A stretch of DNA of 64,000 nucleotides, taken from assembly GCA_053919585.1 (NCBI GenBank), contig CM132789.1. One strand, written 5' to 3'. Shown here one piece after another: positions 26,263-40,197 of the stretch. The notes beneath the pieces are model-generated. The model worked only from the letters and a program-made list of their open reading frames with translations. It was not told the DNA's origin and did no database searches. The position numbers were made by a program, and so were the translations under genes. The stretch is from Euprymna scolopes (lineage: Eukaryota). Positions within the stretch are counted from its first letter, which is position 1; every line of letters starts with the position of its first letter.

Positions 26263-26861
26263 CACCATCATCGGAGATGACCCTCTAAGTATTAAGGTCC
26301 ACATCTATGTCTTCTGTCGAGGCAATGTTCGTTGGTTGAAATTAGCTCATCTCAATCTGCCCTGACTGTCGCAAACTCAAGACACCTTAAATGTCCCGAA
26401 TTGTCATAAATTGTCGCAAAACTCGTTGTCACTTGTAAAACTAACTCTAAATATATTGACTTCTGTTGTCAGGTGCTTTTATCCCAATCACTGCCACACC
26501 TTGATTAACATTGTTCCCTTTGTGTGCCCTGGTGACCGTTGTTCTGTTGATAAACTTATTTCCTCTTTCTTTGATATATGGTTTTCCTCTTTTTTTACTT
26601 CTTAACACTTGGGGAGGGAGGCATTGACAGTATCACACCATCATCGAATAAGAAAACAATAAAGATGAATAATTAATGAGATGTCCTTTTGCAAAGCAAT
26701 ATGCAAATTAATCATCTAATGTTGATCAGATACACATAGTCAGTATATTAGAAACTGAACTGGTAATGCCTGGTGTGCTGTTAACCCTCGGCAGGCTATG
26801 CCGGCTTATTCTGAAGGAGTAAGTGTACAGGGAATATCAAATTCACAAGCGTAGCCTCATA

Positions 26862-27352
26862 GAGGATGTCCTTTTCTCTTCCCTGCAACCTCTTTCTCAC
26901 AGAAGAGATGCTACAAGTTTGTCTCTACTTTATCATTATTTTCATGGCAAGTGCTCGGCTGAGCTCCAATCTATGCTCCCCCCCCCTCACCAAACTTTCA
27001 CAAGAAACACCCGTCTAGCAGAAATCACTATCAATAATTTCCCCCACTCTTTATCTGTACCTAAACCTAAACGTAGATTCCATGAGCAAAGCTTCTTTAT
27101 TAGAACTGCACGCCTATGGAATTGTCTTCCGTTTTCCTGCTTTCCAGCTGATTACAATATAGTTGTCTTCAAGTCTAATGTAAACAAGTTTTTGATGAGC
27201 CGTTCTATATAAGTTAACAAATTTACCAAATTTCCATTACTAACGATTACTATATTGTTATATTGTCCAATTTCTACTGTACACTCTTTAACCCTTATCC
27301 TCGAGTGGCCTCAAGGCCTTGATAAGGGGTGATGCCTATGTAAAAAGAAAAA
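26862..27352 (+). mobile_element. LINE 3' end (relatively young family)
   Basis: LQPLSHRRD..SLLYHYFHGKCS..SFFIRTARLWNCLP..FP..YN...FKSNVNK followed by 3' UTR and A tail. Confidence 0.88.
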
Positions 27353-27856
27353 AGTAGTCCCCAGCTGTATTTATATCTCGGTCATGGGAAGATGAAATAG
27401 TGCCTAGCATTCTCAAATGGTCATCCAATTACTACTGACCAGGCTCCACATTGCTTAACTTTGGCAATCTAGTGTCTGAACATAATTATGTCAAACCTTA
27501 GAAACATTAGAAAACTATTGTTTTATTATTGAAATTATTATAGAGTTGTTTAAGTATCGTGTGAGTGGATGAAAAACAACCAATCATAGGTTACCTTTTT
27601 AAAAGCAAATTATATGTAGTAACAAAGATATTGTGACGTCAGCAAAAAGAAAGGAACACAACACAAATGAAAATGTTATAAAAAAAAACTTGTATAATGA
27701 AAAAGCGAGGAAAGTGTTTTGCAAATAGCTGGTATTTGCAGAACTTATCTCCAAAGATGCACCCTTTTAACAGTTCTTACATTTCTTGTTCGATTATGCC
27801 TTTTAATATCACTGTCAGTGCATCAAAAGGTCCAACTTTATAAATATACAAATGTA

Positions 27857-28394
27857 TGAGGGGCGTTCCAAAAATAATTTCTCCTATTTTTTTTATTCTG
27901 ACCGAATGAACCAGAGGGGGTTGCAAATTGTATTGTTGTGATGATTTAAACTAATACATTTATGACTTGAAAGTTTCATCTGTTTCAGATATTGACGGTG
28001 TGAGACGCTAAGAAAGCAACCTCTGTCATGAATGTCTGTCAGAAGCAGAGATGCATCATTGAATTCCTTCATGCAGAAAAAATTGAACCGATCAATATTC
28101 AATAGCTCCTGTTGAATGTTTATGAAGCCATTGCAGTTGATATCAGCACAGTTAGGAGATGTGTTTGTCGATTTCAGAGTAACAGAGATGTGAGTGACAA
28201 AGCACAAACTTTTATGGCAGTCATCAAAAGAGGCTGATAAAAGTATATTGAGAATGGTAGTCACTATGTAGAAAAATAAATTCGATAGCACAAAAGGTCA
28301 CTTGTTTTAATGGTACCACTCCTGTCTTTGTAGCTCTTCAATGTTTTAATTCGTGGGTTACAAAATAGAAGATCTTACTTTTGGAACGACCCTG
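27857..28394 (+). mobile_element. Non-autonomous mariner-derived element, same family as 2231-2761
   Basis: Colinear with 2231-2761; termini TGAGGGGCGTTCCAAAA..TTTTGGAACGACCC. Confidence 0.75.
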
Positions 28395-28699
28395 AAAATG
28401 AGTTAATAAAAAGTGAATGTTTAGTTTAAGCCCACAGAATTACTTTTATAAAAGGTATGGCTGTCACAATACCAGAATTTTAAGTTTTACTCGATGATCT
28501 GTGACTTGTTGAGTCAACGTTGGTACATTGTACATTAGATAGATAAAAAAAAGAAAGAAAATAAAAGCTCAACGTTTTAAGCAACTGTAATCGAATCAAT
28601 AAACAAAACCTACTTTTTGTCATGTTGAAATGTCACATGATCAAAGAATTTAAACAAAAAAAATACATTGTGCTGTCATAATATGGTTTTATTCTCACT

Positions 28700-29030
28700 C
28701 TACTTCCTTTGTTTCTCTCTTCTTCCTCTCTCTATCTCTCTTTTTCTCTCTCTTTCTTCACCTCTATCTCTCTTTCTTTTCTCTTCTACTTTTCTCTTCT
28801 CTCTCTCTCCTCCTCTCTCTATTGCTTTCTTTCTCTTCCTCTTTTTCTATTTCCCGTCTTCCATCTCTATTTCTTCTCTCTCCTCTTCTCTCCTCTCTAT
28901 TTTTTCCTTCTCCTTTCTCCTTTTCCCTTCACTCTCCTCTTACCACTCTCTTACTCGCCTCCCTTCTCTCGATCTCCTCTTCCCCCTTTCTCTTCTCCCC
29001 CCTTTCTCTTCTCCCTTCATCTTCTTTTAA
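28700..29030. repeat. CT-rich low-complexity polypyrimidine tract
   Basis: Almost exclusively C/T on the + strand. Confidence 0.9.
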
Positions 29031-29171
29031 TTATTTATATGATCCCAGTCTTCTCTTATTCACCTCTTATTTAAGTATTTGTTCCCCTCCCCATTGATAA
29101 CATTCATATACAAACGTTCATGATCCTCAGAGTTTTAGTATTAAAAAAATCTCATACTCAACATTATACTT

Positions 29172-29244
<73 letters not shown>

Positions 29245-30094
29245 TCGATAATGGCACCATTCATAAACGGTCTCAGACATTGAATTCCTTTTGATGGCTT
29301 CCAAACAATTTAATTATACCCATTTCATTCAATGGCTTCTCATATGGGTTTCAAGGTGCTACAAGGGTTAAATCTGATAACACAAGAAACCTTTTAGCCA
29401 AATACTTTCTGATTAAAGTGTACTCCTGATTAGAAATCGTTACATCTGTAACAGTTCAAGGATCTTTAAAATCAGGTAGAAAAAATAGAAAGAAAAACAA
29501 TAAGACCGAGGAGAAAAGCGAGGGGGAGAAAAAAAAAAGAATCGAAAATGAAATCTTAATAGCTATGTCAAGAATTTAGTCAGAAGAGATAAAGGGGAGA
29601 TCAAAGGACTGGTTGGTAATTGGAAGACACGTACAATACACAAACCAGAAAAAAGAGAGAAAGAAAGAAAAATTTTGAAAGTAAAATATTAAGGTATTCG
29701 AAATCAATATCATATAAAATTTGATAGCATCAAGACTTTGGTAACTAGAAAGAAAAGCAAGAAAAAGGAAAGAACAGAAGGGGGAAGGGAATCAAAAGAA
29801 TAAAGGAGTGAAAAAAAATCTTGTCTGCACTATTATTTCAACAATAGGTTGGATAAAGAGAATCAGATTCATATATTTTTCAATAGTGTAAAGTGAGTTT
29901 GATTGGTTTGAGAAAACTAGAACTCTGTTTGCTTCTGCATAGTTGCACCCCCCCTGTCTTTATATATACTAGAATACCCACACCAAGACAGGTAAAATTA
30001 GATCTCAGAACAGAATAGTTTTGTACCACTTTTATGCCCCCCCCTACAAAGATCAAAATCAAGATATATACTACTGCTACTAGACCTTATCTAG

Positions 30095-30742
30095 AATCCT
30101 TGTTGTGACTTGTGATGAAAAGTGGGTTCTTTAGGACAACCAGCGATGCTCAGCTCAGTGGTTAGATGCCGATGAAGCTCCACAACACTTCCTGAAGTTG
30201 TACTAAAAGAAGGTCATACTGACTGTTTGGTGGTCTGCAACTGGTTTCATCCGTTTTTGCATGCAGGCGAAACCATTTATGTGGAAAAGTACTGCCAACA
30301 AATGAATGAAATGCATTAGAAACTGTGACAACAACACTCAGCTTTAGTCAACAGGAAAGGCACCATTCTACTCCATGACAATGCCTGATCACACTTTGCT
30401 AAACCGACCCTGCAGAAGTTGAACGAATTGGGCTATGAAATGTTGTCTCATCTGCCATACTCTCCAGACCTCTCACCTACTGGCTACCATTTTTTCAAGC
30501 ATCTCAGAAACTTTCTGCATGAGAAATGGTTGAAAAACCTAAGCGATGTCAAAAACGTTTTCAGCGAATTCATTGCCACCAGAACGCAAGATGTTCACAT
30601 TACTGGCATAAATGCATTTGTTTTGCGTTGGAAAAGGTGTGTTGATTCTGATGGTGCTTATTTCGATCAATAAAGTTTTGTTAGAGCTGAGACATATTCA
30701 TCTGAATTTAAAAGTTAAAAACTGCAGAACTTTCTTGTCAAC

Positions 30743-30746
<4 letters not shown>
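30095..30746 (+). mobile_element. Mariner (DD34D) transposon 3' half, decayed
   Basis: TCDEKW, LLHDNA and HLPYSPDLSPTGYHFFKHL motifs with stops and frameshifts; terminal repeat GAACTTTCTTGTCAAC next to (TA)n. Confidence 0.9.
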
Positions 30747-30785
<39 letters not shown>

Positions 30786-31029
30786 TAAAAGTTTTAAAAA
30801 GGATAAGTGGAGTCATTATTAGAATTATGGGGAAGATCAATGGGGGAAAAAAACTAAAAAAAAAAAAAAAATTAGACAGGAGAAAAATAGTCAAAAGACT
30901 ATTCGACTGAAAAAAAAAAGAACCTCGAGGTACCTTTCAACCGACACTTTCCAAGAGATTAGGTCGGTAGCGATTAAAATAAATACAGTTTACACATAAT
31001 TGAAAATGGAGGCGAGGGGAGGGGTGAAA

Positions 31030-31077
<48 letters not shown>

Positions 31078-31574
31078 TACACGGGGTGAAATAAATAAAT
31101 GAATAACCCGTGATATATCGCCCATATTTCAGAACCTGGGACAGAAAAAAAAATTGCCTGCAAATAAGTGCAGAAACAAGGAATAATGACACAATGTAGG
31201 CATTTTGTTTTTTTTGTTTTTTTTGGTTAATTAGAGCTCTTTAAACAAGTCTAATTTATTCAACAACTCCTTTTGCCTACACAGCGATGGTCTGTAGGCA
31301 AAAGCCTGTACGGCTTCCAAAATATTGAGATGCTGTTTGGAACGGGCCTTGTGTACAATGCGAAAACAACCATCCAAATACACTTCACCACATGCTTTAT
31401 TGTCATACAAGTGTGCATCAATTGATGACTCATGAATAGGTGAGCACCCGGATGTGCTCTGTAAATGCCCGGTCTAGTTTAGTCCCCCCCCCCACATTGA
31501 TCTTCCTCATAATTCTAATAATGACTCCACTTATCCTTTTTAAAACTTTAATAACATTTTGTACCACTAAAAAC

Positions 31575-31642
<68 letters not shown>

Positions 31643-32547
31643 CATAATTTTTGATAGGATACAACATTTATATATTGCAATTATGAAGGGAAGACCTGTT
31701 TTGATATTCATGATTAAGCCAGCTAACCGGTTTTGCCCTCACTCTCCTAGAGCTAGATAAAAGGATTTTTATTTATAAAAGCTATAGAAACCTACGAGGG
31801 AAATATATGTTTAAAATAAAGTGTACTATGGGGAGAAAAAAAAGGTGGGTAACACTATATATCTAAAATAAACCTATGTATGATCTATGTAGAATGATAG
31901 AATCTTCTAGAGGCTAATCACATTCAAACAAAAGATATTCGTTCTGTTTACAATGAGGAGGTCTCTTCAAATGAACGTGAATGATTTCCAAAATCTTCAG
32001 ATGAAAGTCCAAATGAACACGACTCAAAATGGTGCAGGAGTCAATGCTGAAGTTCATAGCACATGACGGGTTTTTGAGCAAATGATCAGTTATTGAAGAC
32101 CTGGATGCCTACCTAATGGTAGGTAGGTACCATTCCTGATTGTACCAGGTATATGTTGTTATGCAATCGTAACGTCGTTTGATCCACATAGTCGGCACTG
32201 CAAGTACATGTTAATTGATAAATTACATTATTACTATGCGGAAGTAGAACGTCTTTTCGAGAGGATGCCATTAGTGGTTTCATAGAGAACACAACACGTA
32301 TGTTGGAAGCAAATTAGCACTGTTTAGATATATAGTCTTTTCTCTGTTTAGTTTTGTTTTTGTTTTTTTTCTCCTTGTTAATATACTTTATGTTAAACTC
32401 AGGGGGTTCTATCGCTATTATAAATAAAACATCTCTCAATCCAGCTCTAAAAGATAGGGGGCAAAACTGGCCTCTGATTTTTTTTTTGTATACTTTTAAT
32501 CATGAATATCAAAATATGTGTTCCCTTCATAATTGCAATATATATAT

Positions 32548-33335
32548 ACTAGCAGTTCAGCCTGGCTTTGCTCGGGCCCTATGTACTGTTCATAACTTTA
32601 TGTGCATATATATATATATATTAAAAGTTTTACTCATGTCCAGATGTGACTACATCTAAAATTTCAAGTGTTTAGACCCAAAATTGGCGGAGGAGTTTGG
32701 TAGTCTGCAAAAGTCAACTCTGTAAACTTTGACCTCTTGGCAGCCAAATTTTCATCTAAAAACTGATTAAAAAGCTTACTGCATATCTGAATACCCTTTA
32801 TGTAAAATTTATAATGTTTAGATCCAAAATTGGCTGAATAGTTTGCTAGAGACCGCAAAAGTCAAATCTTTTAAACTTTTACCCCATGGCAGCCAAAATT
32901 TCAGTCAAAAACCGATTAAAAGGCTTGCCCTATGTCTGAATACACTTTTTGTAAAATTTCAAATGTTTAGACCAAAAATTGGCTGAGCAATTTGGTAGAA
33001 ACCGCAGAGGTCAAATTTTTTAAAATTTTGACCCCCTTAGCATTTATTGTTGTGAGCTCAAATCAAATTAAAAAGCTTGATCCATGTCCAAGTAACCTAT
33101 ATCTAAAATTTCAAAATTAGTGGAGGAGTTTGGTAGAGTTTTCAAAGGTCAAACTGTTGAACTTTGACCCCATGACAGCTAAATTTCTGGCCGAAAACTG
33201 ATTAAAAAGATTTTCCCAAATCTCAATACCCCTTATGTCCAATCTCGAGTCTGTAGACTGAAAATTGACGGAATAGTTTGATAGGGAAGTGTACACACAC
33301 GGGGACAAACACAGAGACAATTTCACATATATATA
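32548..33335 (+). mobile_element. Helentron/DINE-1-like element with ~148-bp internal tandem repeats
   Basis: Starts ACTAGCAG..CCTGGCTTTGCTCGGG; about 4 units beginning AAAATTTCAA at ~32657, 32804, 32953 and 33104; ends with a CA/GACA-rich tail before (TA)n. Confidence 0.65.
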
Positions 33336-34066
33336 TATAGCCTTTGAGACTTTACACGACCAGTTGCCACAGTCAATTGAAAATTTCTTGGGGCTACTAA
33401 AAGTGGTAAATCACTCGCCTGTCAGTCAATAAAATTTCTTTAAATAAAGCAACGGGGGGGGGACTCATTTATTTTATGACCCTCAAATGGTGACTTAGAA
33501 TGACCTATGTCTCATCATTTGTGAATTCTTTCATCTCTAGCTGTGAAACTGTTGGAATATCATATTGAAAAAAGAGTGGTCAAGCTAAAGGTCAACAAGA
33601 GGTTAAATTTACACATTTGGCTCTCTGATTTTGAAATTCATTTGGAAAAAAAATCTTCGACACTACAACTACATACACTTCATGCTTACAAAAGTAAAGA
33701 CGAACATTTGAAAGAGGAAAAAAAATGCATCGTTCCGTCAAGCATCCGAAGAAATGATTCTTATTTCTATGGAACAATAATATGAATGATTCTATATAAG
33801 AAACCGGTGTTGTATTTTAACGTTTTGTTGAATATTTACTGAAATGTTTGTAATAATAAAATAGTTGATTTACAAGAGTTAAACAAATATTTTCTTCTTA
33901 GGTTATACACACGGTTATTTCTTGAATTGTTGTAAAATTATTTACTATTATTGACTGAAACAAAGACATAAAGTGGACAAGTAAAAATATTTTGGGGTGA
34001 GTAAATTTTCCCTCACACTTGACCGGTGGTAGAGTGATTTTTTTTTTTTTCAAATCTCAAAGGCTG

Positions 34067-34138
<72 letters not shown>

Positions 34139-35177
34139 GTCCGCAGTCATTAAATAATTTATAAATGTGGGTCATCAAAGTAGTTAGAAAATGTGCTTCT
34201 TTCAAAAGTTGAACCAATCAAAGTTGGTAAGTATCCATCAATACAAATGCAGTCAGTCTTTTTCTAGTCTGAAAGTTGTAATTAATTTTGCAAACTTTGT
34301 TTGAATATGTGTCAAGTGTCCTTAACTTAGACCTTGACATCATACAAGTCAGCTACTCAAGCAAAAGGGACACTTTTTATTTATTATTCATTCTATTCAG
34401 GATTTGAGAAAATAGGTTCATCGTTGGTCACAGGGATACTGCCGTGGCCTATGGAATTGGATATGCAACGTTCAAATCTTAACAAACCTAGTTGCGATCA
34501 TATAACATTCCAAAAAAACAAAAATTAAATGAAGGCACATGAAGAGAAAGCACATGCACCTTGGAACAAACGTTGCATACCCATTGGTTATCACTAGTGA
34601 GCAATCTAGAAACAATTCAGTTAAATGAAAGTATTTTTGACATATGCCGCCTGCATTTCAGTTTTTTTTATTGTTGCTTCACATGTGTGTGTTCTTTGTA
34701 GGACATATTGTTTATTGATTATGATAATAAGACAAATAAAACTCATGCATGAAAACATAAGGAGACTTATTGGTGGTTTTAAAGGTTTTATTGGGGAGAA
34801 AAGTTCATTCACGTGAGGAGAGATAACAATTAATCCCTTATAAAAGATAGGCTAAAATTACTTTCTTTTTACTTAATTTTCTTAATAAAAATTGGTCGAT
34901 GAACAGTTATGTCTTGAGGAAATATTCACTTAGATCCCCACATTTTCATTGTCTCTTCGCTTCTCTAACATAAACTGCCTCAAAAACTTTGTGTCAAACA
35001 TATAATTTCCATTTATAATTCGGCGCCTGCTTCTAGAATGTTTTGCCTATGAAGCTAACTATTGACCCCTATTACCTCACTTGCTTGGTGCACTGGGCCT
35101 ATTTCTGCCTGCTGCTAGTCTGTTCTAACATGTACTTAACGAATCACTCCCGAAATTCATACTAGTTAACATAATTT

Positions 35178-35455
35178 GCATACGACATAATCAGGTTGAC
35201 ACACTAGCTCTCGTTAGATTACCTAAGTTAAGTAACGTTGCACCTAGTCAGTACTAAAATGGGTGACTACTTATAAATTCCAGGTGCTGTATGTATTCCC
35301 CAATTACCTTGGTGTTGTTTCCAGTCATCTATCATTTCTCTTTGCCACTGGACTCAAGCAGTGCCGATTCAGGAGAGGTGCGGTTGGTGATTGTGCAACC
35401 CTTTCCTCACAATTACTCGTGCAACTTCCCTTACAAGTATCCATATCTTGTGACA
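35178..35455 (+). mobile_element. 5S rRNA-derived SINE (SINE3-type): 5S head plus unique body
   Basis: Head TACGACATAATC..AAGTTAAGTAACGTTG..GTCAGTACT..ATGGGTGAC..CCAGGTGCTGTA follows 5S rRNA; body shared with 56205-56481. Confidence 0.82.
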
Positions 35456-36059
35456 TAATCTGTAACGTACTAATGTGTACTTAGTGAAATTATCCCAAAA
35501 TTCATACTAGTTGATATAATTTGTATTTATCAGCATAGGGTTCCAATATACAGCACTCCTTTACACATGAATCCTGCTAGAAAAGGTCACTCTCCCCCAA
35601 CTTTGTATATGTATTTCCATGACTTATACAAAAGCAGCAAAGTGTAGTATCTGTTCTAATACTATACTTCATCTTTTGTGCCCTCGGTCTGTGAAAAAAA
35701 TCTTTTTAGACTAAAACAATTTTAATTTGGGGCCCAATCCAGAGTACCTTTTGTGGGGGTTGGATTTTCCCTACATTAAAAACTGGCCTTATGTCTCACT
35801 CTACTCTATTGGGGAGGCAAATACATAAGGATCTGTAGAAATGGCCATGTCAAGTTCAAATTTTATCAAGTTTATTCTGATCATTTACACACTAATACTG
35901 TTGGAGAAGGTATGAACCCGCTCTGCCAAGCAGACTGTTGATAAAATTGCAACTTTAGTTCGGTTGTATATCATGATTGATTTACAATATGTATTTATAT
36001 TTTGCTATTAAATAATACAAAAAAATTGATATGTCATTGAATTGGCAGACAAATAAAAT

Positions 36060-37260
36060 TTCTGGAAAGCATTGGTCATCAAGCTTTGATCTTGGTCAGT
36101 CATTATAATCTTCTCCTGATTACAATGGTGCGATCGTCTTTTTAGTCAGTCTATAGAGCCTTCCTTATCTATATAGTCCTAAGTGAATTCATCCAGAAAA
36201 TACTTGGCATGCTGTTGGTTGGCCCATTTTTCCGTTTTTAGCAATGAAACCGCTTGGCGTATTTTTGGCAATTCTTTGGTGCTATTTTTGTAGCAGGTTT
36301 GTCTTGTGATTCAGTCACATTTGTAAGACAATCTTGTCCAAACTGTTGACTAGTTTCGTGATGCAAGTTGTTCTGCTGGTTCATAATGTTGATGTGTCAC
36401 CATTAGGGATATGACAACAGCATATTCTTTTCCTTGTTTTGATTCTCAGGTATATATCCATTGATATCTTACATGTTTTTATGTAGAGTGATGTGGTTCT
36501 CGGTTGATTGTGCCTAAGTGTGTCGGATAGATACTTGAGAGTAAAAACAATGAAAAGAATATGCTGTTGTGCCAGCCTTAGTCATCATGAGGTTAGCGTT
36601 CTTGGAGCTCATTAGACATTGCCTGATGCTCACAATATTGATGGCCGATTTCTGAAAGACCCATACATTCTACTTTTCTGGGCAGACACTGGTTTCTGTG
36701 TGTTACTCTAAACAGTGTTAACATTTTTCCTGTTTTAGTGTCTAATTTTTTTTTTTTTTCAATTTTTTTATCGATTTCTTCAAGCTGGAATGGGGCATCC
36801 TACTGGATGCCAGACATTCACCCACTATCATATATTCCAACCAAGAGATCTTTTAAGATTCTAACTGTCCTTTTAAGTGCAACTGTTTGAATCACTTTTG
36901 CACATGGTTCACCGAGTATAATTGCCAAGTATTTTGAAATTCTTTTTCATGAATCCAGTTACTCCTACAATTACTGGAATAATGAAGATCTTCCTAAGAT
37001 TCCAGTTTCTTTTCATGTCATACATAAGACCTTGGTATTCCATTATCTTTTCCCTCTCAGCTCATCATCATTGAGGACACTAACTTCTATTAAGGTTCTT
37101 TTTTTTTTCTCTCCTTGTTTCATATCGCTATGCCAATTTTAATAGCTCCGTTTTCTAGGTATGCAGTTGTAGAAATTGCTAATCTGTTTATGTCCTTTTG
37201 TGGCCTGTCAACAATGCCCAAGCTATATGTTATCACAGGCATGACTAGTTGAGCTTAGTG
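36060..37260 (-). mobile_element. Restriction-like-endonuclease (R4/Dong/NeSL-type) non-LTR retrotransposon remnant
   Basis: Minus strand LIEVSV..KI.EYQGLMYDMKRNWNLRKIFIIPVIVGVTG, a C-terminal PD-(D/E)xK-type domain. Confidence 0.7.
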
Positions 37261-37850
37261 TATGGTATATATGTTCATAAATGATGGGATATCCGCAGTA
37301 AAACGTGATCTCCTAAATCCATACTTATGATCAGAAAGAATAGCATTAATAAGGTGGCAGACTGTTACTAGATTAATTCAAGATTCAAAGATTAAAGTGC
37401 ATTAAGTACATTATATATGGACGAAGAGTAAATTTATTACTGATTACTTTTAAAAAGCTTGAATTTGCCAAGGCACTTTTTTCCTTCGGTCCCAAATTTA
37501 ACAGAGATTTAACGGCCATCTTGTAATGACCTGTTCCGTGTTGATTGTGGAGTAATACTGGTTCGGTGCAGTTTTAGAGGGTCTCCCCTCACAGGCTTTG
37601 CCTTTTCTCTTTGAAAAGGTGTTAGTTTATTGCTAATCACCTGAGACGTCCTTACTGGAGAATGTCGATGGGGCCTCACATAGGCATCTTTTGCAAGATC
37701 AAAGAGCTCCTCCTCTGGAGCACTAACTTTTCAATCCCACTTTCTGATCCTTATGTCACATTTCTAGTGGTGGGAGGGAAATAAATACCACTTTTCAACC
37801 TATGTGTTCTATGACAGCTTACATCCTACATTCGTCCTCTTCAATCCCAC

Positions 37851-37935
<85 letters not shown>

Positions 37936-38651
37936 CACTTCGAGTGATTACTAGGGCTATAACAAAAGCATATTCTTTTTATTATTTTGACTCTGGAGTA
38001 TATATCCGACACAGACACAATTAATCAACCGAGAACCACATCACTCTATAGAAAAACATAAATTATCAATGGATACCTGACCTGATAATCAAGACAAGGA
38101 AAAAAAATATGCTCTTTTCATAAACCTAGTGATTACCATCAGGTTGGATTCATGTTGAATAAACATTGGAGAGAAATTATCTGTTATTTGGTTTATCCAT
38201 AACTGTTTGATTTTCATAGATAAATCTTATTTAATGTTTTCTGGTTCTCAATATTTGCTCATCCTATATGTTTTCTTTGTTTTTATTTTTCTTCTAAATC
38301 GTCTTTTTCTTTGCGTCTCAATTTTTATTTGGTTTGTTATCTTTACGATTACTGTTTCCACTTCACTTCCGGTTGTCCCTCTCCCTGCTGAGAATGTTCT
38401 TTTCCAAATAATTATGTTATTAAGAAAAAGTCCTTCTTAACATGCTGTACTTTCAACTAACAATTTAATAAACAAAAGATATTATAAAACATCAATTAAA
38501 ATTGAAGGTGCAATCGGAAGTGAAGTGAAAACAGTAATCGTAAAGATAACCGCTTTGTCTGTAGCACTTATCTACTTTTAATTCCTTGATAGTGAATGAT
38601 AAATTTAATTACTTTTTTTCTCTTTACAGTTGTTAAGCATTGTGTACATGC

Positions 38652-38730
<79 letters not shown>

Positions 38731-39054
38731 GCAGTGTGTGTTCATGTTCCAACTTCTGATAGCAAACGGAGCAGCTGGGTTGGATCATTGTGACTTAGAA
38801 GCTGGATTCTGTTATCTCTTGAAAATTGGTTTCTGATATTTTCAAGTCATGTGATCATCTGTTCAAGAAATCAGGTGACTCAAGGACAACCAATTGAAAC
38901 GCTTATACACGGCTGTTTTCTCACCATATCTATTCCTAGTCTGTGTGTCTTTTCGTGACTTTCTATATTGTGTCTCTTGAAAGCAAGTGATGGGAGGGCA
39001 AGAAAGAGAGAGGGAAAGTGTTTCTGTAAATAGTGATGGATGGAAGGAAGGGTG

Positions 39055-39105
<51 letters not shown>

Positions 39106-39109
39106 TTGT

Positions 39110-40030
39110 TCTATATGGGGATGGAGCATCCTACTGGATGTCAGATAATCATCCACTGTCTCAGACATTACAGCCGAGTACTCATTTTAAGATTACAAAT
39201 ATCCCTTTAAGTGCAATTGTTTGTATCTCTCTTACACTTGGTTCACCGGGTATATTTGTCAGATAGTTTTCAAATTCTCTTTCATGAGTCCAGTTGCTCC
39301 TATAATTACTGAAATGGAGATTTTTCTAAGATTCCAATTTCTTTTCAAGTATTGTGTTATTTTTTTCTCTCAGCTCTATTTAACCCAGCATCATTGGGGA
39401 TGACTAACTTCTACTAAGGTTGTTTCTTTTTCCTTGCCCAGATTACTATATCAGGTCTAATGGCTCTATTTTATAGGCACATAGGTATTGGAATTGCATA
39501 ATTATAATGGATGAGGTAGATATTTACTTGCTGCCCAACACAACAAGATGTAACACAAGGTCAGAAGATAGGTGTGTTCAAGCCAGTGCCCCTAAAAGAG
39601 GGGAACTTTGGCCTAACAGAAATTACCCAGGTTTCCAAGCAACCAGAAAAGCAAGGAGATTAACTCTACATATTAAATGAGTGTATAACTTATATTTCAA
39701 CCGTTCTTTCTGGTATATGTTCTCAGAACTTGCTGTTACATTCAATATTCAACTTTTTTACAGATGGTCCAGTGGAGATATTTACACACTTCATTGTGTC
39801 ACACTGTATAGTAAGCGTCCCCCAGCAAAATATTACAACTGGATATCAGGTGGCTCATACTCTCGACTTTTGTGTGACAAAATGTGCGCTTCCTTATCTA
39901 TATATAGTCCTGAGTGAATTCATCCAGAAAATAATGGGAATGCATTTGACTAGCACATTTTTACATTTCATTTTTTTTGCGATGAATGATGTTGCCGTAT
40001 TTTTGACTGCTCTTTTAGACTATTTCTGTC
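39110..40030 (-). mobile_element. Second remnant of the same RLE-type retrotransposon
   Basis: RAIRPDIVIW..TTLVEVS..KRNWNLRKI..IIGATG; colinear with 36060-37260. Other RLE-LINE pieces at ~4350-4510 (+), 57300-58000 (-) and 59868-60292. Confidence 0.7.
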
Positions 40031-40068
40031 TCATTTATTTATATATATATATATATATGTATAGTCAT

Positions 40069-40112
40069 CCATATACAGTACTGTTTCGCTGTTTCACAGC
40101 TCATCAGTGCAG
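40069..40112 (-). ncRNA. Type I hammerhead ribozyme motif
   Basis: CTGCA CTGATGA GCTGT-GAA-ACAGC GAAA CAG-TA-CTG TA^ TATGG. All core nucleotides are present, stem II is a perfect 5 bp, stem III is palindromic (ACAGTACTGT), the cleavage triplet is GUA (predicted cut between 40074 and 40073), and stem I is imperfect. Confidence 0.8.
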
Positions 40113-40197
40113 CTAGACAAGCAACTACCTCAAGCCAGGATCGAAACCTGATGGCCCAAACGACAGTTGGAGCTTCTAACCGTTGCGCTATACAGCT
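40069..40197 (-). mobile_element. tRNA-headed SINE with 3' type I hammerhead ribozyme
   Basis: Minus strand has A box TAGCGCAACGG and B-box-like GGTTTCGATCC, followed about 30 nt later by a hammerhead core. Confidence 0.8.

Noticed and set aside
28668-29097. Three overlapping Ser/Leu/Phe-rich ORFs
   Set aside because: Artefacts of a CT low-complexity tract that lacks stop codons.
32657-33260. CRISPR-like or satellite array
   Set aside because: Contiguous ~148-bp units without unique spacers, inside a Helentron-like element in eukaryotic DNA.
35178-35294. Functional 5S rRNA gene
   Set aside because: Too diverged, no oligo-T terminator, and continues into a SINE body; the same applies to the other 5S-like copies.
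19666-39168. ORFs with (VC)n, (YI)n or (HT)n runs
   Set aside because: Translations of (TG)n, (TA)n and (CA)n microsatellites.
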